In this document: positions 50,300 to 64,000 of the stretch, one piece after another | Position numbering within the stretch: the stretch's first letter is position 1 | Layout of the letters: every line of letters begins with the position of its first letter | DNA from: Octopus sinensis | Taxonomy: Eukaryota | Assembly (NCBI RefSeq): GCF_006345805.1 | Contig: NC_043005.1 | Location: forward strand, 70,866,001-70,930,000 | Length of the DNA: 64,000 nucleotides | Reading direction: 5' to 3' | Translations under genes and position numbers: made by a program | The notes under the pieces: model-generated | Databases searched by the model: none | What the model was told of the DNA's origin: nothing | The model's input: the letters and a program-made list of their open reading frames with translations, nothing else

Positions 50300-52010
50300 T
50301 TCCTGGCTTTAAGGGTTTTGTGAAAGACCTCATTAGAGTTCTTTTACAGGACTTAGAAAAATGAAGCATCACTGCAACGAGTGCGTGAATCTGAGAGGGG
50401 AATATGTTGAATAAAATCATAATTAATTGATTCTCCTGTATTTTCTTTTACCCAAAGCCAGGAAATTTTCATCAAATAGGGTTGATATTGGCCTTATAGA
50501 TAGGTATTGCTAGAAGAATGAAAACAATGAGTTTCTTAGTTGCTTCAAATCAACATATTTTTAATTAGATCATTAATAATACAATCCCAGTTGACAATGA
50601 CATAAAACTGATGTCTGAATTAAGGATTCTGCTTGTGCTTGTTTCAGAATCTTTTACTAGGCTTTCAGCAAACATTTCTCATCGAATATTTCTTTTGCAT
50701 TCTCTTCCTTTCTTGTCGTTTAATTTCAGTTTGCAGACAGGTGACAACATCTTTTGATTTGGTCAGCAAAGGATAAAATTGATGTCATAGTTTTCTGCAA
50801 ATTTCCAGTTAGTATTTCATTAGTGTCCACACCAATATCTACATCAGCATCTCTTGGTTGTGACATCATGTCACAGATATTAATAGGAGAAAGAATGTTG
50901 AACCATATGGACAACATCAGTTTGTATCTAATAGGGAACACGTGTTTAATAGTTTCGGTGACTCCACTTCTGGTCCTTTTTATCAGATAAATTTTCAAGA
51001 ATATTCTGCTGGGATAGTTCAATTATCTGATATTTGATATGTTGGGAAATCATTAATATCCTATATGTATCAGAACAATTTGCCATTTTGGAAGCTAAGC
51101 AAAGATATTAATACTCTCAACAGTTCTGAAAAAGTAGCTGCTTCAATGTAGTATTTTGCTGAATCTGTGCCACACAAATTTTCTTGCCATTCCTATGGCA
51201 AAATAATACCAAGATGACAATCACAAGGTAAAAATCCCATGTAATTCCCTCTACCTCGTTGCCACATTGTTGCCATTGTTATTGGTTTCTGCCATCTTCT
51301 CTGGGAATGTTTTGATGGACATATTCTCTGAAAGACATTTTTATTCAATGATTCCTTCATAAGGTTTGCAATGTCAGAACCTGCTTTCTCAAAAACAGTC
51401 TTCAAAAGATAAAAAAAATCTCCTTGAATCTTAAACTCACAAGCTTTCCTTTGAAGGTAATATAAGATAAATATTGTCTATTCGACACGTGCAGAGTAGG
51501 GTGTTGCCTAAGCTATTATTCAAAAGTATTCTGCCTTTGATCTTCTAGAGAGTATGTGTATCAAAAGAAGACAAGAGCAAAGAGAAATTCACATTCAGAT
51601 GACAAATAATGTATTTGCAACCTTTCTCCTTTTTCCTGGCTTTCTTCGACCTTCCTGACATAGGTTTCATGTATGAGATCACAATATGATAAAGTTCAAC
51701 CAGCCTAAGGAAGTTACTATTCTGAACATCAGTAATCAGGTGAGAGATACTACGAAGTGTTAACCCTGTTCTGCCCCAAATAATATAATGTCAATTGGTG
51801 TAAAATATTAGTCCAGTTTGCTTCCTCGACTAAAATTTATTTATACAGAATCTATTTCATGCAAATGAATGAATTTTGTTCAAGCTCTCACCATGATGCA
51901 TTATTCAATTTAAGCTGGTTACTATTTTCATGCTCAAGCAATTCTATCACATAATTTACTCCATATTTCTTTTGTAGACTATCCATTTTCACTTATCAAT
52001 GCATATGTAT
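50300..52010 (-). pseudogene. Decayed hAT (Tip100-like) transposase
   Basis: HENS, SNFLRLVEL, SKAEYF*IIA*ATPYSARVE*TIFI (cf. AKYFSIILDCTPD...EQ) and FLPCDCH motifs with many stops. Confidence 0.75.
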
Positions 52011-52109
52011 TAAGTCTACCTTTTCCAAAGAATCAATATGGTAAACAAAATATGGCTTGTTTCTTGATACTTTACACTACTAAATCACTTACAGAATTTC
52101 ACTGTTGAG

Positions 52110-52520
52110 TTTTCTGTATTTAAGGATACGATCTGACAAATATTGAAGCTAACAGTGAAATTTAATTTGAAGGAACCGTACATGGAAGAAGTAGAAGTGT
52201 TAACAAAAGAGATAGAGCGCAGCACAGGCCCAAATGAAGCAACTCCAGTGGCCTGGTCTGGAGACAAGAGAGGAGATCAGAAGATGGGAATGTGCTGAAG
52301 AAGTAGACATACTCAAAGAGAAGAAAAGAAATCAACCAATTTTGCATCATCTCTTTTCTCAGTGTTGTGTTCAAAGAGTCTCTCCAAATTCTTGCTGAAT
52401 AAGGATCATGTCAAAATGTCAGTCCAGAAGGGAAGTATACCAGGAGTCCTTGAACACACAGGTATGGAGACCTAACTCATCAGGGATGCAAAAAATGAGA
52501 ATAAACTTGACTGTACAATC
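52110..52520 (+). mobile_element. RT fragment of a Hero/NeSL-like (RLE) non-LTR element
   Basis: INQFCIISFLSV and VQKGSIPGVLEHTG...LIRDAK resemble QFRTISLLSVE and VQKGGIPG...CLEHTG...QLIREA. Confidence 0.7.
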
Positions 52521-53229
52521 ACTGGATGTGATCAATTCCTTCAGCTAAATCTCACACAGTCACTCCTGTGCCTATTAATAATTGTTTTATAATTTTCACC
52601 TTAAAAGGTATTTTAATATGCTGGCCACTGATTTTTTATCCCTATATAAGAAGTATATATAAATAAATAAATATGAATATATATAATATATATATATATA
52701 TATAATATATATATCACAATCTACTTTCTATTTTCCATCTGCATAGCAGAAGGCACTTGCTCAAGGTACCGTGCAGTGGGAGTGAACCAGGAACCATGTA
52801 GTTTGGAAACGAACTTCATACCACACAGCCACACTAGCACCTAGCACAAAAATAAATATATGAAAGAAACAAAAAGACATGTCTCTAACTTTCAATCAAA
52901 TATTACTTGACAATATGTTCCATGTGTTTGCTAACTGTTTTGTGTGCCTTTCTAAGTTTTGAGCAGACACAGAGACTATGTCATTCATCCTAACCTTTTG
53001 ACTCTGCTGAATATCTAGGACATGTGAGAAGTGGTGGGTGAGGTGGCTGTATGGTCCCAGGGGTTGGTATTCACACTGAAACAGTGTGAAACAATGTGCT
53101 TCGCTCAAAGAGCACCTAGTCCATCAAAGAATTGGACTAGTGACCTTACAAGCATTAGAGCAGAACCTTAAGTACTAGGTCATGTGTTTTCTTAAGAAGA
53201 AAAAAATAGTATAAAATAGCAATAAATAA

Positions 53230-53560
53230 ATAACAAAATTTAATGATGATGATGATGATGATGATGGTGATGCTGATACTGACAATGATGATGATGATGA
53301 TGATAATTATGGTGGTGGTGGTGATGATGACAGCGATGATGGTGATGGTAATGGTGATGATGAAGACTACAACGATAATGATGACGATGGTGGTGGTAGT
53401 GGTGATGTGCTGATGATAATGATGATGATGATGAGGATGATAGTGATGATGGGTGATGCGAACAGTGGTGGTTACAGTGATGGTGATGACGATGACTACA
53501 ACGATGGTGACGATGACGACGATGACGATGATGATAATGATGTTGATGATAATCACTAAA
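53230..53560. repeat. Degenerate (GAT)n/(GGT)n trinucleotide array
   Basis: Direct reading. Confidence 0.95.
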
Positions 53561-53579
53561 AAAAGGGTTTGCCAGTCAG

Positions 53580-54062
53580 TTTCTTATTTCTTTACTGCCC
53601 ACAAGGGGCTACACACAGAGGGGACAAACACGGACAGACAAATGGATTAAGTCGATTATATCGACTCCAGTGCATCACTGGTACTTATTTAATCAACCCC
53701 GAAATGATGAAAGGCAAAGTCAACCTCGGCGGAATTTGAACTTAGAATGGAGCGACAGACAAAATACCACTAAGCATTTCACCCGACGTACTAACGTTTC
53801 TGCCACCTCGCCACCCAAGCAGGAATTCTTATTTCTTTATTGCCCACAAGGGGCTAAACATAGAGGGGACAAACAAGGACAGACAAAGGGATTAAGTTGA
53901 TTACATCGACCCCAGTGCATAACTGGTACTTAATTTATCGACCCCGAAAAGATGAACGACAAAGTCGACCTCGGCGGAATTTGAACTCAGAACGTAGTGG
54001 CAGACGAAATACCGCTAAGCATTTCGCCCGGCATGCTAACGTTTTTGCCAGCTCGCCGCCTT
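53580..54062 (-). mobile_element. Two tandem SINE family B copies
   Basis: Consecutive reverse-complement copies. Confidence 0.88.
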
Positions 54063-55835
54063 AGCAGAAATTCTGTAAAGCAAGAACACTAACGCTACAT
54101 TCCCACCTCTTCCCTTTATGCTTAATGATATCTCATTGATTAGAAACAGAGTCTAGCAAGAAGAACAAATATTCAGTATTTGATTGGCCTCATATTTCAT
54201 CTATGTGCCAAATAATAAATATTTTAAGAGTTCCCTGATGGGTATTTCTTCTTTTTTTCTCCAATTTTTTTTCTTGTATTTGTTTTGTATTATTTGTTTT
54301 ATGGAAACATGAAAAGAAAAGATAAATATTTATTTCTTGATTGCATACACTAGTGTAATTACTTAACTATTAATGATCAGAGGTATTCATTAATGACTGA
54401 TCGACCCTATGGAATATAGGGTCCAATTAGAGCTTGTGACATCATGTTAAATAACTCTCACCCGGAATTAAAGCTGGGTACCAAACAAGCTGACAAGGAA
54501 GCCTGTATCTGGTTGTGCCATCTGTTAGACATGGTAGCCAAATCTCAAACCAGTAAGGGAGTCAGAGCCTCAGCATGGTTACTTGACTTGCAAGTCACAA
54601 TAGCCATATCTTCCAAGAATCATGGAATAACAATCTATTATCTTTAAAAATAGAGAAAGCCACTATCACCATCATCATTACCACCAACAACACCACCATC
54701 AACATCTTTAATGTCCATTTTCCATGCTAGCGAGATGGAGAATTGCACACCATCATCACCACCACCATCACCACCATCACCACCATCATCACCTTTTAAT
54801 GTTCATTTTCCATGCTGGCGAGCTGGAGATTTGCACCAGGTTCCAACTGCTGGATGCCCTTTCTAATGCCAATCACTTTATTGTGTGTGCTGGTCATGGT
54901 TGGAACATGTTTGACCTAGGTCTGTTTTATCAGAAGTGACCTGGGGTTACACAGCAGCAGTGCTTGAATGACAATTTCTGGGAAGTTATAAAAAAATTAA
55001 TATTATTTGTATTATTAAGGCACAGCAGTGGCTGCATGGTAAGTAGCTCACTTCCCAACCACACGGTCCCTCTAGGTGGTTTGCTTGACTTACAAGAAAT
55101 AACAGTCAAATTTTCTCTCAAGTCACGTTTTACCATTTTAAAAGAAACATGGAATGAAATGTAGTTTAATGTATTATCTTACTTCTCTTCCTATTTCTGA
55201 CTATTATTGTCATAATCATCATCACCACCACCACCACCACCACCACCATCATCATCACCATCACCATCGCCATCGTCATCATCATCAACATTTTACATTG
55301 TTGTTTCCATGCTGGCATGGGTTGAAGCAGTATTTTATAATCTTTTATTACCCTACTCATTTCGGTCATGTGGCTACGGTCATGCTGGAGCACCACCATG
55401 TAGGTTGGGTACCCTTTCTATCAATAATCTGTTTAGTGACCTCTTGTAACATGCAGGGACACAGTGACTATTTTCTAAAACAATGACACATACAGTGAAT
55501 TTGAGACACAATAGACATAGGCATGGCAGTGTGGTAAGACGATTGCTTCCCATCCACATAGTTCTGGGTTCAGTCCCACTGCATGACACCTTGGGCATGT
55601 ATCTTCTGCTATAGCCTCAGGCCAACCAAAGCCTTGTGATTGAATTTAGCAGACAGAAATTGCCCATCACGCACCTGAATTTACGCATGTGCATGTGTTT
55701 GTGTGTGTGTCTATGTGTTTGTCTTACACCATTGCTTGATAACCCGTGTTGGTGTGTTTACATCTCTGCAACTTAGCAAAACAGAAGAGACCAGGCTCAA
55801 CACAAATACAAAAACAAAACAAAAAACGAATATTG

Positions 55836-56257
55836 GCATAGGAGTGGCTGTGTGGTAAGTAGCTTGCTTACGAACCATATGGTCCCGGGTTCTTTCCCAC
55901 TGCGTGGCACCTTGGGCAAGTGTCTTCTACTATAGCCTTGGGCTGACCAAAGCCTTGTGAGTGGATTTGGTAGATGGAAACTGAAAGAAGCCCGTCGTAT
56001 ATATGTATATATATATATATGCGTGTGTGTGTGTCTATGTTTGTGTGTTTGTGTTTCTTCCCCCAACATTGCTTGACAACTGATGATGGTGTGTTTATGT
56101 TCCCGTAACTTAGCAGTTCGGCAAAAGAGACAGATAGAAATAAGTGCTAAGCTTACAAAGCATAAGTCCTGGAGTCGATATTCTCAACTAAATGGCGGTG
56201 CTTCAGCATGGCCACAGTCAAATGACTGAAACAAGTAAAAGAGTTAAAGAGTAAAAG
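55836..56257 (+). mobile_element. SINE family A
   Basis: Full-length copy. Confidence 0.9.
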
Positions 56258-57139
56258 TGTATTGGGGTCGATTCATTTGACTATAATTCTTGAAGGTGGT
56301 GCTGCCACGTGGCCACAGTTTAACGACGTCCTGTAACAAATAAAAGGTAAAAGTTATGTTCGACGGCAAAAGGAAGAACTAAACAGCTTTGAATCATAAC
56401 TTTACTCGACTACGGAGTTGACCCGTGGTTAAACAACAACAAGTGAGTGAGTGAACTGCGACAATGTTGAATGATGTGTCCTACTCTGCACCATCACAAA
56501 GCATCTGTGATAGATTGCAAATCGCTGACTTCATTAAGAGATAGTCTGCTTGTGACCAAAATTCTTTGTTTTTACTTGCGACATCACATTTTATTTCAAC
56601 AGTTTTGCAAGCCTTGAGGTTTCACAAATATTTGATAATCCACCTTTTTGTACTTTTTCATTGAAACTGATTTCATCTGATTGATTCATTGATTCATTGA
56701 TTCGCTGATTTGGTCATTGATTCATTGATCAAAGCTCTTGATCTCTGTTTAGTTCTTTGTTCTCTTCTTATTGATATTTTCGCGTCCCTTCTTTGCCTTT
56801 ATCCTTTACGCCATCTCTCCCACCAATTGCATTACTACCACCATCACCACCACCGCCATCATTAACACCACCACCACCACCATTAACACCACTATCACTA
56901 ACACTACAATTGTCAATAACTATAATGACCAGCTAATGAAGCCATCTTTATGTGGTAGATCAACCAGCTAGAAATAGCAGCCAAACCTGTTTTGCTTAAC
57001 AATTTAGCGATTAAACCAGTCATATCTGGCCTATATGTTCTACTTGTTTTATATTCGAACCAACCAGGTCTGGCCTCTCATACTTATCCAACAATGTTGT
57101 TCTAAAAATATACCAATATATTTTTCCATTCCCATTTCC

Positions 57140-58410
57140 CATAGACACAGGAGTGACTGTATGGTAAGTAACTTGCTTACCAGCCACATAGTTCTAGGTT
57201 CAGTCCCACTGCGTGGCACCTTGGGCAAGTGTCTTCTACTATAGCCTCGGGCCAACCAAAGCCTTGTGAGTGAATTTGGTAGACTGAAACTGAAAGAAGC
57301 CCATCATATATATGTATATATGTATATAGGCGCAGGAGTGGCTGTGTCGTAAGTAGCTTGCTAACCAACCACATGGTTCCGGGTTCAGTCCCACTGCGTG
57401 GCATCTTAGGCAAGTGTCTTCTGCTATAGCCCCGGGCCGACCAATGCCTTGTGAGTGGATTTGGTAGACGGAAACTGAAAGAAACCTGTCGCATATATGT
57501 ATGTGTGTGTATGTTTGTGTGTGTGTGTTTTTGTCCCCTTAGCATTGCTTGACAACCGATGCTGGTGTGTTTACGTCCCCGTCACTTAGCGGTTCGGCAA
57601 AAGAGACCGATAGAATAAGTGCTGGGCTTACAAAGAATAAGTCCCGGGGTCGATTTGCTCGACTAAAGGCAGTGCTCCAGCATGGCCGCAGTCAAATGAC
57701 TGAAACAAGTAAAAGAGTAAAGACTATATATGTGTGTGTGTGTTTGTCCCCTCTCCCAACATTACTTGACAACCGATGCTGTTGTGTTTACATCCCCATA
57801 ACTTAGTGGTTCGGCAAAAGAAACCGATAGAATAAGTACTCGGCTTACAGAGAATCAGTCCTGGGGTCGATTTGCTCGACTAAAGGCAGTGCTCCAGCAT
57901 GGCCGCAGTCAAATGACTGAAACAAGTAAAAGAGTAAAGGAGTAAAGAGTATATCATTGAAGACCCAAAATTATGAAATATCTTTTATTTCAGTCGTTAG
58001 ACTGTGGCCATGCTGGTGCACCGTCTTGCAGAATTTTTAGTCAAATGTATTTACTTACTTTTTTTTTATGACTCTGGTATTTTTCTATCAGTCTCTTTTG
58101 CAGAACTGCTAAATTATGAGAATGTAAACACACTTGCACCAGTTGTCAAGTGATGGTGGTGGTGGTGGAGGGACAAACACAGACACAAAAGTGTGCACAC
58201 ACACACACACACATGCACACACACACACGTACATATATGTACATTTATACATATATACAATAGGCTTCTTTCAGTTTCTGTCTACCAAATCCACTCACAA
58301 GGCTTTGGTTGGCCCGAAGCTTTTGTAGAAGGTGCTTCACAGTAGGACTGAACCTGGAACCATGTGGCTGGTAAGCAAGCTTCTTACAGCATTGCCATGC
58401 CTGCCCCTAT
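57140..58410. mobile_element. SINE family A cluster (nested and duplicated plus copies, then a minus copy)
   Basis: Head at 57140, full copy 57328-57720, repeated 3' half 57740-57950, inverted copy 57975-58410. Confidence 0.85.
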
Positions 58411-59077
58411 GATAATGCACAGTTAATTCAAAACAATATGTCTTGCAAACAACTTGCACATGCAAGTGCTACCAGTCAAGAATTCCGCCTTTAGTCGAAC
58501 AAATTGGCCCCAGGACTTATTCTTTGTAAGCCGAGTACTTATTCTATCAGCCTCTTTTGCTGAACCACTAAGTTATGGGAACGTAAACACAACAGCATCA
58601 GAAGCCAGCAAGTGTATGGGGTTATCAGGAGAGAATGCGTGCCATTTTGGGGCCTACCACTCAGCAACACTATGAAGAAATGAGCATTACACTTCACAGA
58701 AGGCAGTGAGTTGGCAGAAGCATAAACATTTGAGGTGAAATGCTTAGCGGTAGTACCCCTGTCTTTACGTTCTGAGTTCAAATTCCACTGAGTTCGATTT
58801 TACCTTTCATCCTTTCAGGGTCAATAAATTAAGTATCAGTTGCATACTGGGGTTGATCTAATCAACTGGCCCCCTCCCCCAAAATTTCGTGCCTTGTGCC
58901 TAGAGTAGAAAAGATTACATTTCACAGAGTAATCTGAATGTTAAAGGGTTAATAACTTCTTTGAAGAATTAAATTAGTGGTACTCAACCATTATTTTACC
59001 TATGGATCCCTTTCATTCTTATTTCGCTTGGGGGTGGGGGGTGGGGAGCCCATGTAAGGTTTTATCATTAAAATTCA

Positions 59078-59479
59078 TAGTAAAGATTGTTTGCCAACAT
59101 AATATGGCATTCTTGGTTTAGGACTAATGTTGCTGCAATTTATCCCCAGGAAACATCGTCTCCAGCTGGCTATATGACACAATCTGTGCTCTTATATTTT
59201 CGAACAAGGGAATCTAGCACCTCCACTCAGCTCAAAACAATATCTGTGTATTGTGATTTCTGGGTTATTTCTCTTCATCAGCACAGAAATAACCCAGAAA
59301 TCGTGATACACGGATATTGTTTTGAGCTGAGTGGGGGTGCTAGATTCCCTTGTAAAAAAATATAAGGGCACAGATTGTGTTGTATAGCCAGCTGGAGATG
59401 ATGTCTCCTGGGGCTAAATTACAGCAACATTAATCCTAAACCAGGACTGCCATGTTATATTGGCAAACAATTTTTACTA
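59078..59479. repeat. Long palindrome (about 400 bp) with a 12-nt loop
   Basis: Arms of about 195 bp around loop CTTCATCAGCAC (59273-59284). Confidence 0.92.
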
Positions 59480-61379
59480 CAAAGTACTGTTGCTGAATAT
59501 CTCACATTGTGAGATTTAAAAATAGTAATTTTCTAATTAAAATTCATGTGCAATAAATTGGTTATCATCATCATTATCATTGTCATCATCGTTGTCATTT
59601 ACTGTCCATTTTCAATGCTGGTATGGGTTGGATGGTTTGACAGGAGCTGGCAAGTAAGAAGATTGAGCCAGACTCCAGTCCTCTCTTTTAGCATGGTTTC
59701 TATAGCTGGATGTCCTTCTTAATGCCAACCACTCTACAGAGTGTACTCTGTGTTTTTTTTTTGTTTTATTTTTGTAATGGGGTGTATGTAGTTATACTTC
59801 TATAATGCACAAAATATCTTAACAATTTTTTTTTATACAATTCCTCATAATATTTTACTAGCGGGACCCATGAATATTTCACAGAATTAATAGTAAAACT
59901 ATTGGGTTATGTCTGAAAACTTTATCCATAAACAAACTGAAAGTGCAGCCTATGTTGTGTCTGTATGGAAAAGAAATCGCTCATCTGCTATTCATCAAAA
60001 AGTGGAAGAAATTGGAATACGATGATTATTTAATGCACTTTATATATACAATTTATATACTTTATGCACAGTTTTATAGACTTAATACACTGCACTGGTA
60101 TAATAAATATTCACCCTTATTTTACCATTTTTCCTCGTAAATAAAAAAAAAAATCACATATATATGATACGACCTTTAGTTAAACTGCATATATCTACCA
60201 CATAAATAAGCATGAATATTTCATGGAATTGCACTTATCTGCATGCATTAAGTGATAGGTGATATAAAAAAAAAAAACTTAGTTCGATTTAAAAAGCAAA
60301 ATACACTTTTCACTGTCCACATACAACCATCACCTCCATCTCCCCAACCACCATCATCATCATCATTTCTCTCCTGCTTTTCGCCTTATCCTCTTTTTCT
60401 CTCTCCTTTTTCTTTCTCCTTTTTTCCTTTCAACTAATCATGTGAAAGTGTGTTACAATTACATCTCCTCTACCTCACGTCATGGCTGCTTCTCTCTCCC
60501 TCCCTCATTTTCTCTCTCCCTCACTCATTTTCTCCCTCCCTCATTTTTTTCTCTCCCTCTCTCTCTCACTCTTTTTGTCTCTCCCTCTTTTCCTCTAATC
60601 ACGTGAAAGCGTTACTGAAGGGCTAAGTAATGCAATGACAGACAGAATTATTGAGATTATAAAAATATAAGGGGATTTTTTTATAAAGTGAATGGCTATA
60701 AGGGTCCACCTGAGTAAAATAGGAACCAAAGGGGTCCATAGAAAGAAAAAAGGGATTGAGAAACACTGTCTGACATGGCAATTTAAACTACTAGAAATAA
60801 CAGCCAAATCTCTCTGAAATCATTGTTACTGTCTTCAGAAAGGAGGGACAATCCCTCAGATGATGTAGTTCTAGATATGCTGTAATGTCTATGAATAAAA
60901 AAACCGAACTCATTAGGGAACTTGAGAATCGAAAATAATCATAAGGCTGACCTGGGGCTAAAGAGCAGCAACTATTTCAATTGTCTATCATTGTGTTAAA
61001 GGTCATGCTTGAGTTCATTGACCAAAGCTATTGAAATACAACAATAACAACAGCAAGAACAAGTAAAAAAAAAAGCCATATTTAAATATCAACAAACCAA
61101 CAGAAAATTAAATTACAATACATAACACTTCTCCCCCCGCCCCACCAGCACCACCACCACAATCACCACCCACCTCCACAATCCCCTATCCCACCTTAGC
61201 AAAGCAATGAAACTGTAGAAAAATGAAAAAAAAAAAAAAAAAAAAAAATAATGAAGAAAAACGAAAGAAAGAAAGAAAAAGAAAACTAATTAAGAAAATC
61301 AAATCAAATGAAGAATAGTAATTTTGCATGGCTAATATTCAAATTAGTATGATTGGAATAACACATCCTTATCGATAAT

Positions 61380-61435
61380 ACTATCATGATCAGCATGATC
61401 AACATTGCCATCATCATCACCATCATCACCATCAT

Positions 61436-61466
<31 letters not shown>

Positions 61467-62200
61467 ACCCTTCTCACCACCCCCACCACGACCATCATCA
61501 TCATCATCATACCATTATTGTTTATATTATTGCTGTTCTTCTTCTTCTTCTTATTATTATTATTATTGTTGTTGCTGTTATTATTATTATTATTATCATT
61601 ATTATTATTATTATTATCACTATCAATACAGCTGTCATTCTATTATCGTCATCATCCTCATCATCATCATCATCATTTTCATCCTCACCACGAACACTGC
61701 TGCCACCAGTACCACCATCATCATCATCACAACCATCGCCATCACCACCATCTCCATCCATCCTTCTCCTAGTCCTCCATCATCATCATCATCATGGTAA
61801 ACAAGGGAAGAATGACAATAATGATTTATCATAGCTGTAATGATTAATGGCTGCGATGAGGCTGAGATGAGGATGGTGCTGGTGCTGGTGGCGAAATTAG
61901 TTACATTTACAGAGATGGCTGAGGAGTGTGAGGTGGATGGTAGTGGTTGTAACAGTAGCAGCAGTAATAGTGGTAGTAGTGGCGGTGGTGGAAGTGGGGT
62001 GCTTTTGGTTGTGGTGGTGGTTTTGGTGGTGGTGGAGGACAGTGGTATCAACAATTGTGGTAATGATAGTGGTGGATAGTGACAATGGTGCTGGTATTGG
62101 TGGTGCTGCTACTGGTAGCAGTGGTTCAGGTGATAGTAGAGCTGCTGCTGCTGCTGCTGGTGTTGATATGACGCTGGTGTTAACAATAGTTATATCTACC
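61380..62200. repeat. Compound trinucleotide array ((CAT)n, (TAT)n, (CTT)n, (GGT)n, (GCT)n)
   Basis: Direct reading. Confidence 0.9.
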
Positions 62201-63340
62201 ATAAGATGACAAGATGGCAGCATCATTAGCCCGCCAAGCAAAATGCTTAGCAGCTGGTCATCCATCTTTATGCTTCAAGTTCAAATTCCATCAAGGTCAA
62301 AATTGCTTTTCATCTTTTTGAGATCAATAAAATAAGTACCATTTGATTATTGGGGTCGGCATCATCGATTTATTTCCTCAATGAAAATTACAGACCTTGT
62401 GCTAAAATTTGAAACATCATCATCATCATCGTTTAACGAAGCTAGCATGGGTTGGACGATTTGACTAAGGACTGGCAAACCAGATGGCTGCACCAGGCTC
62501 CAATCTTCATCTGGCAGAATTTCTACAGCTGGATGCCCTTTAACGCCAACCACTCTGAGAGTGTAGTGGGTGCTTTTAAGTGCCACCGGCTTGAGGGCCA
62601 GTCAGGCAGTACTGATAATGGCCATGCTCAAATCGTGTGTTTTTTACATGCCACCTGCACAGGAGCCAATCCAGCAGCACTGGCAGCCAATATTCATATC
62701 TATTTTAAGATGGCGAGCAGGCAAAATCTTTTGCCCGCCAGGTAAATTACCTGACAGCATTTCATCTGTTTTATGTTCTGAGTTCAAATTCCACCAAGGT
62801 TGAATTTGCTGTTCATCCTTTTGGGGTTGATTTAAATAAGAACCAGTTTGAACAGTCGGGTCAACGTAATCAACTTACCCCTTTCTCAGAAGTATTTATG
62901 GTCATGAAAGGCAATGAGCTGGCAGAATTGTTAGCATACTGGACAAAAGCTTAGTGGCATTTCATCCAAATTTCACCAAGGTAGACTTTGCCATTTCATC
63001 TTTTCACAGTCAGACCAATAAGTACCAGTTTGAACAGTGGGATCAATGTAATTGACTTACTTCTCCCTCGAAATTGCTGGCCTTGTGTCAAAAATATGAA
63101 ACCAATTTTACAATATGGCCCAAGGTGGCAAGCTAGCAGAATCATTAGCATACCAGACAGAATACTTTGTGACATTTCATCTCTGTTTACATTCTGAGTT
63201 CAAATGCCACCTAGGTCAACTTTAACTTTCATCCTTTCAGGGACAATAAAGTAAGTGCCAGTTGATAACTGGGGTTGATATAATTGATTTATCTCCTGCC
63301 ACGAAATTGCTGGCCTTGTGCCAAAGTTTGAAGCTGATAT
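62200..63340 (+). mobile_element. Cluster of decayed SINE family B copies with an RTE tail (62420-62690, minus)
   Basis: Repeated GCTGGCAGAA / TTCTGAGTTCAAAT / CATCCTTT motifs. Confidence 0.75.
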
Positions 63341-63552
63341 TTATATTTATTGTTGGTAGTAACAGTTGTAAGTGTTGTGATGAAGAACGGCTGTGTTGTC
63401 ACAAAGGTGGTGAAGGTTGTATTATTTGCGATCGCCATACCATCATAAACCATGGCTGCACAGGGGGCTATTGCCTAAAGCAGGGGTTTCCAGACATTTT
63501 AGACCATCGATCTCCTTTCATGGGCTCTTTGACCCTTCCTAACCCAGGCATA

Positions 63553-63935
63553 CTCTTTTACTTGTTTCAGTCATTTGACTGCAGCCATGCTGGAGCACTG
63601 CCTTTTAGTCAAGCAAATCGACCCCAGGACTTATTTTTGTACTTATTCTCTCGGTCTCTTATGCCGAACTGCTAAGTTACGCGGACATAAACACACCAAC
63701 ATCGGTTGTCAATTGATGTTTGGGGGGACAAACACAGACATACAAACATATACACACACATACATATCTATATATATACATATATATACGATGGGCTTCT
63801 TTCAGTTTCCATCTATCAAATCCACTCACAAGGCTTTGGTTGGCCCGAGGCTATAGTAGAAGACACTTGCCCAAGGTGCCACAGTGGGACTGAACCCAGA
63901 ACCATGTAGCTGGTAAGCAAGCTACTTACCACACG
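63553..63935 (-). mobile_element. SINE family A
   Basis: Near full-length copy. Confidence 0.88.
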
Positions 63936-64000
63936 AAAATAAAAGATAATAATAAATAATAATAATTAAGTAAATGTGCATTTACCCACTTCTTGAATAG

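Noticed and set aside
59860-60140. Stop-poor plus-strand frames
   Set aside because: No recognisable motif or consistent donor site; plausible by chance.
61304-62265. Poly-His/Ser/Thr/Gly ORFs (also at 53155-53650 and 55154-55486)
   Set aside because: Trinucleotide arrays open in several frames on both strands, with no splice or domain support.

Overview
AT-rich eukaryotic DNA, most likely intronic or intergenic, from a coleoid cephalopod (probably Octopus). The species call is an inference from the recognisable tRNA-derived SINE families, RTE tails, Dong/R4 and Penelope fragments, and dense (TA)n/(CA)n/(CAT)n microsatellites. No complete gene is present. Most ORFs in the supplied track are microsatellite or SINE artefacts. 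A few short splice-bounded open segments may be host exons; their product is unidentified. The window is a mosaic of SINEs, LINE fragments (RTE, CR1/L2-like, R4/Dong, Hero/NeSL-like), Penelope-like element (PLE) fragments, a mariner deletion derivative, a decayed hAT transposase, a hAT MITE and a Helitron-like element. The main signal not explained by ORFs is a high density of type I hammerhead ribozyme (HHR) folds, read by eye as stem I-CUGANGA-stem II-GAAA-stem III-UH-stem I'. About a dozen intact or decayed motifs occur in at least 7-8 apparently unrelated short non-coding elements. Most abut (TA)n or (AAT)n tracts. One family carries a tRNA-like head, two occur as roughly 465-nt terminally redundant units, and one CUGAUGA core sits at the apex of a 400-bp palindrome. 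This suggests a diverse PLE-dependent retrozyme-like system. All folds are manual and untested.
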